Of a stretch of DNA of 64,000 nucleotides, positions 51,795-61,454 are shown piece by piece (the first letter of the stretch is position 1; the number at the start of each line of letters is the position of its first letter). The stretch lies in the NCBI GenBank assembly GCA_963707025.1, contig CAVPOM010000005.1:352001-416000 (forward strand), given 5' to 3'. Below the pieces are notes generated by a model that was given only the letters and a program-made list of their open reading frames with translations, made no database searches and had not been told where the DNA came from. The position numbers and the translations under genes are program-made. The stretch comes from an uncultured Verrucomicrobiae bacterium (GTDB lineage Bacteria; Verrucomicrobiota; Verrucomicrobiia; Limisphaerales; Palsa-1400).

Positions 51795-52931
51795 ATGGAC
51801 ACCCTTTCCCGCAGTCCACAATCGTATGTCCGGCCCATCGTGCGCCGGCTCCAGGCTTACGTTCCGGGCGAACAGCCGCAGTTCCAGGGCCTGGTCAAAC
51901 TCAACACCAACGAGAACCCTTATCCTCCTTCCCCCAAAGTGCTCCGCGCCATCAAGGCCGCCGTGGACGCGCGGCTGCGCCTTTATCCCAATCCGACGGC
52001 GGCGCCCTTGCGCGCGAAACTGGCGGCGTGGCACCATTGCCGGCCTGCCAACCTCATCGTGGGCAACGGCTCCGATGAATTGCTCGCCCTGGCTACTCGC
52101 GCCTTTGTCGAGCCGGAAAGCGCCTGCCCGCCCCTCCCGCGACGCCGGTTGGTGGTTCAATACTTTACGCCCAGCTACTCACTCTATCCGGTATTGGCGG
52201 ACATCGCCGGCGCGCGCCGCAATCCGGTCCGGCTCGCGGCGGATTTCGGCCTTCCGTCCACAGCCGAACTGAAGGCGGGCCGGTGGGATTTCCAGGCGGC
52301 GCTCACTTTCATCACCACGCCCAACGCGCCCAGCGGACGCGGTTACGCCACGGCGGAACTGGAGAAACTGTGCCGCGCCCAGCGCGGCGTGGTGGTTTTG
52401 GACGAAGCCTATGTGGATTTTGCCCGGGAAAATGCGCTCGCCCTGGCCTTGCGCCATCCGCACGTCCTGGTGGCCCGGACCTTTTCCAAGGCCTATTCCC
52501 TCTGCTTTCAGCGCATCGGTTATTTCGTGGGCCACCCGGACTTGATCGCCGCGCTCCAGAAAATCCGCGACAGCTACAACGTCAACGGCCTGGGCCAGAT
52601 TGCCGCGCTGGCCGCGCATTCGGACCTGCCGTACTACCGGCGCGGTTTCCAGCGCATCATCGCCACGCGCCAGCGCTTGTCAAACGAATTGACCGGGCTG
52701 GGATTCACCGTCCTGCCGAGCCAGGCCAATTTCATTTTCGCGCGCCCCCCGAAATTTCCCGCCGAAGTTTGGCTGCAAAAACTGCGCCGGCACAAAGTCC
52801 TGGTCCGCTGGTTCAATTACCCCGAAACAAAAGATTACCTCCGCATCACCATCGGCACCGATAGGGAGGCCGACGCCCTCTTGCGCGCGTCCCGATCCGT
52901 CGTGCTTACTCGCACGCAACCCACGCGATAA
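51795..52931 (+). CDS. hisC: Histidinol-phosphate aminotransferase
   Basis: KLNTNENPY, GNGSDE, DEAYVDF, RTFSKAY. Confidence 0.93.
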   Translation: MDTLSRSPQSYVRPIVRRLQAYVPGEQPQFQGLVKLNTNENPYPPSPKVLRAIKAAVDARLRLYPNPTAAPLRAKLAAWHHCRPANLIVGNGSDELLALATRAFVEPESACPPLPRRRLVVQYFTPSYSLYPVLADIAGARRNPVRLAADFGLPSTAELKAGRWDFQAALTFITTPNAPSGRGYATAELEKLCRAQRGVVVLDEAYVDFARENALALALRHPHVLVARTFSKAYSLCFQRIGYFVGHPDLIAALQKIRDSYNVNGLGQIAALAAHSDLPYYRRGFQRIIATRQRLSNELTGLGFTVLPSQANFIFARPPKFPAEVWLQKLRRHKVLVRWFNYPETKDYLRITIGTDREADALLRASRSVVLTRTQPTR

Positions 52932-52961
52932 AGCCTTGTCTCGCGGCTTGACACTGATGTT

Positions 52962-53288
52962 ATGAAGACCAAGAAACTCCGGCCGGTTCATCCCGGCGAA
53001 ATCCTGCTCCACGACTTCATGGAGCCGCTGAAGCTCACCCAATATGCGCTGGCCCAGGCCATCGCGGTGACGCCCATCCGCGTCAGCCAGATCGTGCGGG
53101 GGCAGCGTGGCATCACGGCGGACACGGCCCTGCGGCTGTCCCGCTATTTCGGCACCAGGCCAGGCTGGTGGCTGGATTTGCAGACGCATTACGACTTGGA
53201 AACGGCGGCGGACAAGCTCGAGGCCCGCATCGCCCGCGCGGTGAAGCCCTGTGCGCTGCTCTCCAAGCTTGCTGATGTCGCCTTTTAA
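52962..53288 (+). CDS. higA: HigA-family antitoxin (HTH)
   Basis: PVHPGEILLHDF..ITADTALRLSRYFGT..WLDLQ.YDL. Confidence 0.9.
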   Translation: MKTKKLRPVHPGEILLHDFMEPLKLTQYALAQAIAVTPIRVSQIVRGQRGITADTALRLSRYFGTRPGWWLDLQTHYDLETAADKLEARIARAVKPCALLSKLADVAF

Positions 53289-54871
53289 TCCGCATACCCG
53301 AAGGCCCGGCAGTACGGAGCCAGCGCGGCCTGGAGCGGCGCCAGCGCCTCCGCGTAATGTTCCCAGCGCCGCACGGCCCGTTGATAGACCGGCTGGGTCA
53401 CGTCGTGGTAGGTCGGCGCAAAGACGAATTTTTGCCGCGCCGTCTCGTAATACTTCGCCTGCGCCTCATGCCACGGCAGGCCCAGGAAATCCGTCAGCCG
53501 CCGCCCCTCCGCTTCCAAATTATTGACCACGTCTTCATAGCGCGTTTCCATCCACGCGAAGCCGCCCAGATCGCGCAGGCGCAGCCACCCATCCATGCAG
53601 TCGGCATAGAATTTGGCCGTCCGGCTGAGGCTGAGAAAATTGGCGTTCACGGCGGTCAGGGTGAGATTCTGGAAAAAGCAACTGATGACGAGGTCCCGCG
53701 GATCACGCAAGGTGATGATTATTTTCGAGGCGGGCAGGAGCCGCAGCCAGACATGGAGCGAGGCGGTCAGGGAGGGATTCTTGTCCAGCAGCAAACTGCC
53801 GCCCGGCCCGTCCTCCCTCTCGCGCAAGAGGCTTTTGCAGTAGCGCCGGAGCAAAGCGGCCCGCGCGGACGAACCCAGCGCGTTCAAGGATTTCAAGCTC
53901 AGCGCCCTGGCCGGCGGCATGGGCGCCAGGGTGTTCAACACCTCCTGCGCGAAGGATTCCGGTTCGTCAAATACCAGAATCCGCGGGTGCGCGCCCAGAA
54001 CTTGTTCAATCAAAGTCGTGCCGCTGCGCGGCGGGCCGCCCAGAAAAGCCAGTGGATACGGGCAGGGGGCGGTGGCCGCTTCCTCGCGCCAGCGCCGGAG
54101 GCTCTCCGGCGTCAAGGCCGCCAGCAGCTCCCGCCGCGCGCCGGCCATCTTGTCGTATATTTTTTCCAGCGAGGCTGTGTCCGCCAGTTGCCGGGCCAGC
54201 GCCTTGGCGCCGCCCAGAAAACGCAGCGCCTCCGCGTATTGCCCGGTGGCGTCCAGCACGACGCCGAGCAGATGGCCGGCCGAGATTTCCACGTTCGGGT
54301 CCGGCGGATTGCTTTTCAGCAAATCGCGCAAGGCCGTCTCCGCTTCCCCGTTGCGTCCGGCGCGATGCCGGAGAAAGGCGAGAAAATAGAGGGCCCGCGC
54401 GTCCGTCGGATGCTGTCGCAGGCAGAGCTCGACACACTCGAGCGCCTGGTCCAGCCGCCGGTCCCTTTCCAGCCAGGCGGCCAGGCTGAGGCGCGCATGA
54501 ACGGAGGAAGGGTCCGCCGCCACCGCCTGGGCGAAGCAGGCGGAGGCCTCCTCCAGGCGGCGCAGCCGATGGTATTGTTGACCGATGGCCACCAGCAAAG
54601 TGGCATCGGCGCCGGCCAGGGCCGCGGCCCGCCCGCAGGCCTGCCGCGCCAGGGCGAAATCCAGTTCCCCCGCGCCCGCGATGCCCAACTCCAGCCAGAG
54701 GCCGGCCACGCCCGGAAATAATTTGACCAGGTTGCGGTAAGCGTGCAAAGCGGCGGCCGGACGGCCCTGGATGAGATTTTGTTGCGCCGCCTGCCAGGAA
54801 GCCACGGCATGGGGCTGGCGCTGCAATTTTGCCAGATCGTCCAGCGGGCCGCCTTTGGCGCTTTCTGTCAT
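53285..54871 (-). CDS. TPR-containing sulfotransferase-family protein
   Basis: TPRs, then GPPRSGTTL, DKNP, RDPRD..SC, RYEDVV. Confidence 0.9.
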   Translation of the reverse strand: MTESAKGGPLDDLAKLQRQPHAVASWQAAQQNLIQGRPAAALHAYRNLVKLFPGVAGLWLELGIAGAGELDFALARQACGRAAALAGADATLLVAIGQQYHRLRRLEEASACFAQAVAADPSSVHARLSLAAWLERDRRLDQALECVELCLRQHPTDARALYFLAFLRHRAGRNGEAETALRDLLKSNPPDPNVEISAGHLLGVVLDATGQYAEALRFLGGAKALARQLADTASLEKIYDKMAGARRELLAALTPESLRRWREEAATAPCPYPLAFLGGPPRSGTTLIEQVLGAHPRILVFDEPESFAQEVLNTLAPMPPARALSLKSLNALGSSARAALLRRYCKSLLREREDGPGGSLLLDKNPSLTASLHVWLRLLPASKIIITLRDPRDLVISCFFQNLTLTAVNANFLSLSRTAKFYADCMDGWLRLRDLGGFAWMETRYEDVVNNLEAEGRRLTDFLGLPWHEAQAKYYETARQKFVFAPTYHDVTQPVYQRAVRRWEHYAEALAPLQAALAPYCRAFGYAD

Positions 54872-55135
54872 GAGACGCAGTTGTTTTGGAGACTTGTAAG
54901 GTTTTCCCCGGCGGCGGTCAAGGGAAGCCTGGCGGAGCCTTGCTCCCTTTTTCCACAGTTCCCACGCAGGGACGCCGTGCTGCGGCCTCCGCCTGGGCGC
55001 AGCGCCGGCCCCGCCAAAAACCGGGATGCGCCCAGCCGCGCGTTGCCTGTCGTATTTGCCTTGAGTTGCAAGGCCGGCGGAGTCAAGATTTCGGCGGTGG
55101 GGATGAAGTTGGTGTTCCTGTCACCCGATGAAATT

Positions 55136-55534
55136 ATGCCAAAGATGAAAAAGATTTTAATCCTGCTCGTGTTGCCGCTGGCGCTGGCCGGCTGCAGTTC
55201 TTCCATCATCAATTTGACGCCCAGCCGCCTGGCCCGAAACAGTGACGGCACTTACCGGGTGGAAGCGGCCTGGCGGACCCGCGAACAGACCATCCGCCCG
55301 GAGACCATCATGCCTTGTGTGATGGTGGGATTCGAGAAATACGAGATGAGCCCGGAGTTGGTGGTGAGGGATCGCTGGGAGACGTTTCTCCCGGTGCCGG
55401 CGGACCAAAAACTGGTGCATTACCGGTTCAGATTCGATTTCTCCCGCAACGCCATTCCCACGCCGGTGGACGACAGCAAGATGTCGCAGGAATTCAGCCT
55501 GGAAATTGTGGACAAGGCGGCGGCGGCAAAATAG
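55136..55534 (+). CDS. Hypothetical lipoprotein
   Basis: MKKILILLVLPLALAGC lipobox. Confidence 0.7.
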   Translation: MPKMKKILILLVLPLALAGCSSSIINLTPSRLARNSDGTYRVEAAWRTREQTIRPETIMPCVMVGFEKYEMSPELVVRDRWETFLPVPADQKLVHYRFRFDFSRNAIPTPVDDSKMSQEFSLEIVDKAAAAK

Positions 55535-55616
55535 GCAGGGGCGCAGGAGCGGCGGGCAGCGCAGTGCCCGCCCCGCCGTGGATGCCCAAGCCAGGAAGGA
55601 TGGCCTGCGCCCCGGA

Positions 55617-56801
55617 TCATTTGGATTTTTCCCAGGCGGCTTCGAATAACCTGGCAAAATCAGCGGCGGCGACGGGGCGCGGATTAAAGGAGGCGGTCCA
55701 CTGGCGGGCGGCTTCACGCGCCAGCACGGGGATGCTGGATTGGGTCACGCCGCATTGGGAGAGGGAGCGCGGCAGGCCGGCCAGGTCGAGCCAGGATTCC
55801 AGTTGCCCGGCCAGTTGATCGGCGTTGGACGAATCCAGGCTGGCATAGAGGCGGGCGGCGGCGGGGTTGCGGCCGTTGAAGCGCAGGACATGGGGCAGCA
55901 TCAGGCCGATGGCCTGGCCATGCACGAGCTTGAAATGAGCGGACAACGGGTTGGCCGCCGCATGGGCCGCCCCCAACATGCTGTTCTCAATAGCCAGGCC
56001 GGCCAGGGCCGCCCCGAGCAACATGCCGGCGCGCGCGTCCACATCCTCCGGTCGTTTCAGCACCCGCGGGAAACTGGACCAGCAAAGGCGGAAGGCCTGG
56101 CGCGAATAGGCCAGGGAAATGGGATTGCGCGGTTTGGTCACGGCCGTTTCCAAGGCGTGGCTGATGGCGTCCAGGCCGGTGCAGGCCGCGACACGGGGCG
56201 GTTGGGAGAGGGTGAGGAGAGGATCGAGAATGGCGATGCGGGCGGCGGCTTTGGCATCGCCGCATGCCATTTTTTGATGGGTGGTTTCATCCGCAATCAG
56301 GGCGAAGGACTGGCATTCGCTGCCGGTGCCGGCGGTGGTGGGAATGGCGATCAAGGGAAGCATCGGCCGGGCCGCTTTGCCCACGCCCCAATAGTCCTGC
56401 ATGCGGCCGCCGTTGGTCAGGAGGAAATTGCAGCCTTTGGCCGTGTCCAGGCTGCTGCCCCCGCCTAGCCCGAGGAAACCGTCAATGCCGGCGGCGCGGG
56501 CGGCGGCCAGACAGACGGCCACGTCGCCGGTGGCGGGGTTCTCCCGCACTTTGTCAAACAAAACTGTTTTGACGCCCGCCGCCTGCAAGGAACGGCGGAC
56601 CCGCTCCATGTGGCCGGCGGCGACGACGCCGGCGTCGGTGACCAGGAGGACTTTTTTCAGGCCAATTTGGCGGGCCAGTTCGCCGGCGCGTTGCGCCATG
56701 TTGCGGCCGAAGACGATCCGCGTGCGGGGCTGGTGATCGAAGGGGGCGAAGACGGCGCTGGCCGCGCGGCGGTTCCTGGGTTTGGCGGGGCGGTGGTTCA
56801 T
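55617..56801 (-). CDS. Iron-containing (group III) alcohol dehydrogenase
   Basis: GGGSSLD, PTTAGTGSE, DAISHALE, HAAAN..HG metal ligands. Confidence 0.92.
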   Translation of the reverse strand: MNHRPAKPRNRRAASAVFAPFDHQPRTRIVFGRNMAQRAGELARQIGLKKVLLVTDAGVVAAGHMERVRRSLQAAGVKTVLFDKVRENPATGDVAVCLAAARAAGIDGFLGLGGGSSLDTAKGCNFLLTNGGRMQDYWGVGKAARPMLPLIAIPTTAGTGSECQSFALIADETTHQKMACGDAKAAARIAILDPLLTLSQPPRVAACTGLDAISHALETAVTKPRNPISLAYSRQAFRLCWSSFPRVLKRPEDVDARAGMLLGAALAGLAIENSMLGAAHAAANPLSAHFKLVHGQAIGLMLPHVLRFNGRNPAAARLYASLDSSNADQLAGQLESWLDLAGLPRSLSQCGVTQSSIPVLAREAARQWTASFNPRPVAAADFARLFEAAWEKSK

Positions 56802-58228
56802 GCGGCAATGTCCAGAGAGCGCCGTTTGCAGAGGAACTCAAACAAGTTGCCTTCGTGCGGCTGGTCCCAGGAGATGTTGAGGGTGGAGATCGGGCCCAGA
56901 TTCAGCCGTTCGATGAGGGGCGACTCCAAAAGTTGTTCGATGAAGGCCGGGTCTTTGGTGATGGCGGTGACCGCCAGCGACGGCCCGATGTGCCGGAGCA
57001 TCTCCGCCTGGGCCACGGTCACAACGCTGGCGTAGGGGCAAAGAAATTCGCGGTTGGCCAGGGGATGGGCGAAGGAATCGCACAGCACGATGGTGGGCCG
57101 CAAATAGGCTGCGCCTTCGAACCGGACCTGGCGCGGGCCGGCGCGAAAGGCGGCGGTGAGGTCGCTCGCCCCCGGCGTTTTCAGACCCTCTTCAATGCTG
57201 GCGTCAATCAACTCAGCCATTTTCCGATTGGCGAAGCCGGCCAGCCGGGCCTGCTCGTCGCTGGCGGAGCGCGGCGCAACGGGACCGAGTTTTTCGGCCA
57301 GGGCGCGGCCGATTTCGGCGGCATGGCGCGGCACCACCACCGCCGACACGTTGATGCAACTGCGTCCGCCGTTGTCGGAAATGGTGGAGACGATCAAATC
57401 AATGAAGTCGGGCCAGCGCTCGATTTCGTCCTCGCCAATGAGAATTTTGCTGCAGCCAGGCCCGTGAATTTGGATGGCGGGATTGCCGGCGTAACCGGCC
57501 GTGGTGCTTTGCTCGCCGAAAAGAAGGGCGCGTCCGCAGCCGCGCAAAATCTCGGCCGCCCCCTCGTGATCGGTGGGATAGAAGCCAAACGCCTCCGCCG
57601 GACAACCCGCCGCGACAAAAGCCTGGATCAGGCGCCAAGGCGTCCACGGCTCCTCCCGGCCCGGTTTGATGACGACGGGGATTTTCAGCGGGATGGCGGG
57701 CAGCCAGAGGGAGTTGACGGCGGGGGAATTGCTGGGCATGACCAGGCCGAGGCACTGGGTGGCCGGATAAAAACTGAGGCGGGCGCCGAATTGCTCGCGC
57801 ACGGCGCCGTCGAGCACGGCCGGGTCCAGCCCGCGGGTCAAACCGTTCAGGACGGTTTTCATGTTGACAAGCGCGCCGTGAATTTTCGCCATGTTGCGGC
57901 GCACCATGACCTGGGGCAAACCGCTTGTGGCGGAAAGCGTCTCGATGTATTGCGGCGGCGACTGGGTTTCGACCGGGCCGCCCAGCGGGAGAGTGCCGTG
58001 GAGAAATTGTTCCCCGGCGCCGGCGCAAATTTCCATCAACTGCCCCGTGGAAAATTTCTTCAAGGCGGCGCGCGATTCGGAAAATTTCGCCAAATCCTTG
58101 CGGATGATTCCGGCGTTGACCTGGCTGACGGTGGCCAGGACGGCGCCGGTGCGGTAGTCGGTGACGCTGGACTTTTCCAGGCTTTCGTAAGGGCGCCCGC
58201 GGCGAAGAGCTGGGAGGTGGGAGGGCAT
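56798..58228 (-). CDS. Atypical aldehyde dehydrogenase / acyl-reductase-like protein
   Basis: MPSNSP, IKPG.EEP, GRSCIN (catalytic Cys), REF..P. HGPGCSK sits where hydrolytic ALDHs have ELGG. Confidence 0.8.
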   Translation of the reverse strand: MPSHLPALRRGRPYESLEKSSVTDYRTGAVLATVSQVNAGIIRKDLAKFSESRAALKKFSTGQLMEICAGAGEQFLHGTLPLGGPVETQSPPQYIETLSATSGLPQVMVRRNMAKIHGALVNMKTVLNGLTRGLDPAVLDGAVREQFGARLSFYPATQCLGLVMPSNSPAVNSLWLPAIPLKIPVVIKPGREEPWTPWRLIQAFVAAGCPAEAFGFYPTDHEGAAEILRGCGRALLFGEQSTTAGYAGNPAIQIHGPGCSKILIGEDEIERWPDFIDLIVSTISDNGGRSCINVSAVVVPRHAAEIGRALAEKLGPVAPRSASDEQARLAGFANRKMAELIDASIEEGLKTPGASDLTAAFRAGPRQVRFEGAAYLRPTIVLCDSFAHPLANREFLCPYASVVTVAQAEMLRHIGPSLAVTAITKDPAFIEQLLESPLIERLNLGPISTLNISWDQPHEGNLFEFLCKRRSLDIAA

Positions 58229-58288
58229 GGAGGATCAGAAAAAAGCGGCCGATTGCAAACCGCGGCTGCCAATGCTATAACAAATAAC

Positions 58289-58522
58289 ATGACAATTGAA
58301 GCCGTCAGAAAGTATTACGACGCCCAGCCTTTCACGCCGTTTGAGATTCATTTGGCCGATGGCCGGGTATTCCCGGTCGCGCATCGAGAGTTCCTCGCCT
58401 TGGGGGCGACAGGGCGGACGGTGGCTGTCACTCAACCGGGCGAAGATGCCTTCGATATTCTCGATGTCAGGCTGGTGACTGGTTTGCATGTGAAGTCTGG
58501 CAGCGCCATGAATGGCGGGTAA
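58289..58522 (+). CDS. Small conserved hypothetical protein (77 aa)
   Basis: MTIEAVRKYYDAQPFTPFEIHLADGRVFPVAHREF. Own promoter TTGCAA-17-TATAAC, 7 nt before the ATG. Confidence 0.75.
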   Translation: MTIEAVRKYYDAQPFTPFEIHLADGRVFPVAHREFLALGATGRTVAVTQPGEDAFDILDVRLVTGLHVKSGSAMNGG

Positions 58523-58537
58523 CGGCTCGCGAGCTTG

Positions 58538-59624
58538 CTAATAGACGCCTTCCACGATGGTCTTCTCCATGGCCCCGAAGGGGCGCACTTCGGCCACGCC
58601 ATCCCAGGCATACGGTGGGCGCGGCTCGCGCCGCAATGGCCTCGTCGCGCTCCAGAAAACGCGGCAGGAAAAATTCGCGCGTCAGCGTGGTCAGTTCAAC
58701 CCGGCCCCATTGTCCATACGGAACGACCTGAGCGGTGTCCTCGGGATTGACCACGCGCAAGCACGGCGCGCGGCTGCGGGGCATAATAGGTGATGGAGAA
58801 ATTGTCTTCCGGGCGCAACGGAACGCTGGCGGCCAGGCCCATCAGCGTGTTGCCGTAAGTCGGATAAAAGCCGATGTGGCTTTCCAAAACCTCCTCCACA
58901 AGGTAAGCGGACATATTGCGGCGCCATGGTCGTGCCGCCGCAAAACACGCCGCGGATGCCCGCTTCCCGCAAATCAATTCTTTCGCCGATGGCCTCGAGC
59001 AATTTGGGCGTGGTGAAAAGCCCGCTGATCTTTGCGGTGTTTCAGAATCATCACCGCCTGGTCCACAACGTGGTCCATGTAGGCGCGGGCCTGGTCGGCT
59101 TTTTTTTCGCCCAGGACCTTCTTGACCCAGCGCGGGTCGAGGTCAATAAAGTAGCACGGACTGCCGCGGAAATTGGCCAGGTGCTCGATGGCCAGGCGCA
59201 GGCGGCGCGGGCCGGTCGGGCCGACCATCAGCCAGGCGCCGCCGCGCGGGAAATGCGCGTCGGAGATTTTGGCGGAGAATTCCTCGTAATCGGTCTTGTA
59301 ATCATCCCAGCCGATGCGTTGTTTGGGCATGCCGGTGGTGCCGCCGGTTTCAAAGATGTTGAAGGGGCGGCCCTTGAATTTTTCGGGCACCCAGACTTCG
59401 GGCTGCAAGATCGCGCAGCCATTCGTCCTGGAAATGGGGAAACGCGCTGGAGATCGGCGAAGACCTTTGATCGCCGGCGGCGGGTCCCAGCCGGCCTTGC
59501 TGGCCCAATCCAGCCAGAAGGGGCAGCCGGTGTCGGGCGAGAAATGCCATGCGATGATCTCGCGCACGTGGGCGTCGAGCGCTTGGCGGGCGGATTGGAC
59601 GGCGGTGGAATCAACAGAAGGCAT
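58538..59624 (-). CDS. EhpF-like adenylate-forming (ANL superfamily) enzyme, multiply frameshifted
   Basis: Rebuilt from several frames: WHFSPDTGCPFW, FETGGTTGMPK, IDLDPRWVKK, FTTPKLLE, GGT, YGNTLMG, GRVELTTL..FLERD, ending WDGVAEVRP..IVEGVY-stop at 58538. Confidence 0.75.
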
Positions 59625-59632
59625 GGTTTAAA

Positions 59633-61215
59633 TCAAGTGGCCGTCGGGAAAGCGGTGGTGGCAAAGTATTTGTCAATGGTGGCCCGGCAGGGCGGAGGGG
59701 TGACCAGGGAAACCAGGAGCATGCAGAGGGCGGAGCCCAACACCATCGGCACGACGGTCATGAAGCCGTTGCAAAAAGCCACCTCGCCGGTGGGGTTGAG
59801 AAAAAAGACCTTCAGGGCATCGTTGCCCGCGCCCATCTGCCACAGAATGTCCCCGGCTTTGTGCGTGGATTGCATCAGGGCCGTCCACACCAGGAAGCCG
59901 GCGACAAACAAGGTCGCGGCCAGGGCGCCCCATTTGGTGCTGCGTTTCCAGAACAGCGCGGCGACCATGACGGGGGCCATGGCCGCGAAACCGGAAAAGG
60001 CGTAGCGGACCGCGATTTCAAAGATGCCCTGCTTCTCCTTGAGCCGCAGCGCGACGAAGTAGGCGATGACCGTGACCACCACGATAAAGCCGCGCGCAAA
60101 ATGAACGGCGCGGCTGCTCGCCATATCTTTCCCGGCCGCCGTAATGGGCGAACACGTCCTTGGTGAACATGGTGCTCATGGCCAGGACCTGGTGGGCGTC
60201 CGAACCCATCACCGCCGAAATGATGCCCGCGCCCAGCATGCCGGCCAGCCAGACCGGCGCAGTAGTCGTGCAGCAAACGCAGCAGGATCCGTCGGGATCG
60301 GGAATTTTGCCCAGCGCCGCGAAGCCCAAGCACCCCGAGAAAAACGCAGGGCAGCCAGATGACCATGATGGCAAGGGGATAGGCGACGACCGTGCGCTTG
60401 AAGGCGGTCACGCGCCGGGCGGAAAAGCACATGATGGCCATGTGCGGAAACATGATGGAGGAGAGCGGGATCAGGGTGTAGCTCCAAAAGGCTTGGGGCG
60501 GCATCTTCTCGCGGGTGACGAGGAACCGGCTTTTTGGATCGCCCGCCAGCTTGCCGATGTAATCGCCAAAGCCGAGCGGCAGGGCGTGGCTGATGACCGC
60601 CACCGCGACGGCACCAAAACAGAGGAAGAGAATGGTTTGAAAAATGTTGACCCAGACGGTCCCGCGCATCCCGCCGAAAAACACATTGGCCGTCACCACC
60701 ACCGCCACGATGGCGCAGCCGAAGGGGTAGGAAATCAGCGAATGATGGGTGTCCGCGTTTAGCGAGATGCCTGCCAGGACAGTGCCGCCGCCCATGATGC
60801 TGATGATCATGTAAGGAACGAGCATGGCGGCGCTCAACGCAAAAATGACCGTGCCGATGTGGTTGCATTCCCAACGGTCGCGGAAAAAGGAAACCTGGGT
60901 CTGGTGGCCGAATTTTTTGCCCAGCGCCCACAGCCGCGTGCCGATGAAGAAAATGGTCAGCGGGATGACGAGGCCGGAGGAAGAGGCCATCAATCCATAG
61001 ATGCCGATGCCCTGCCGGTAGGCCTGCCCGGAGCTGCCGAGAATGGCGAAGGCGGTCATGTTGGTGGCGAAGAGGGAGAGAAAAAAAACCATCGAGCCGA
61101 CCGAGCGGCTGGCCAGGAAAAAATCCTCGGTGTTGTCCTTGCCGCGTCGGTAGGCGATGCTGCCGATGAAGGCGATGACCGCCAGGTAAACGAAGATGAC
61201 GATGACCGGAATCAT
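59633..61215 (-). CDS. Sodium:solute symporter family protein (frameshifts near 60.1-60.3 kb)
   Basis: [48 protein letters not shown], spread over ORFs 59875..61215, 60018..60374 and 59633..60124. Confidence 0.88.
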
Positions 61216-61454
61216 GAACGAGTAACGGAGTCCGCCTCCGCGCCCGTGTTTTCTTCCGCCTCAAGATGCTTTGGCCAGGCAAACTTGACCAGCACGGCCA
61301 TCAGCACGGCGCAGACCACCGAGTAGCCGGCGTGGTAGGCCAGGCCGGTCGGGAGAAAGCCGAAGACCAGCGGTTCGGCTTTCTTCCAATTCCAGAGGTC
61401 CTGGTGCGCCACATAGACCAGCGCAATAAGGAGGAACAAGAGGAGTTTCTTCAT
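61212..61454 (-). CDS. DUF3311-like small membrane partner of the symporter
   Basis: HQDLWNW..PLVFGFLPTGLAYH, two TM segments, overlapping both neighbours. Confidence 0.8.
   Translation of the reverse strand: MKKLLLFLLIALVYVAHQDLWNWKKAEPLVFGFLPTGLAYHAGYSVVCAVLMAVLVKFAWPKHLEAEENTGAEADSVTRS

Noticed and set aside
55617..59624. Bioluminescence (luxCE) or phenazine biosynthesis cluster
   Set aside because: No luxAB/luxD or phz core genes are in the window. Only the activation/reduction module is present.
47461..61215. Pseudogenisation or programmed frameshifting in lgt, the adenylase and the symporter (also at 8500, 17380 and 18046)
   Set aside because: The breaks are 1-2 nt indels, motifs remain intact, I saw no slippery-site pattern, and they also hit the normally important lgt. 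Sequencing error is the simplest explanation. Raw reads would settle it.
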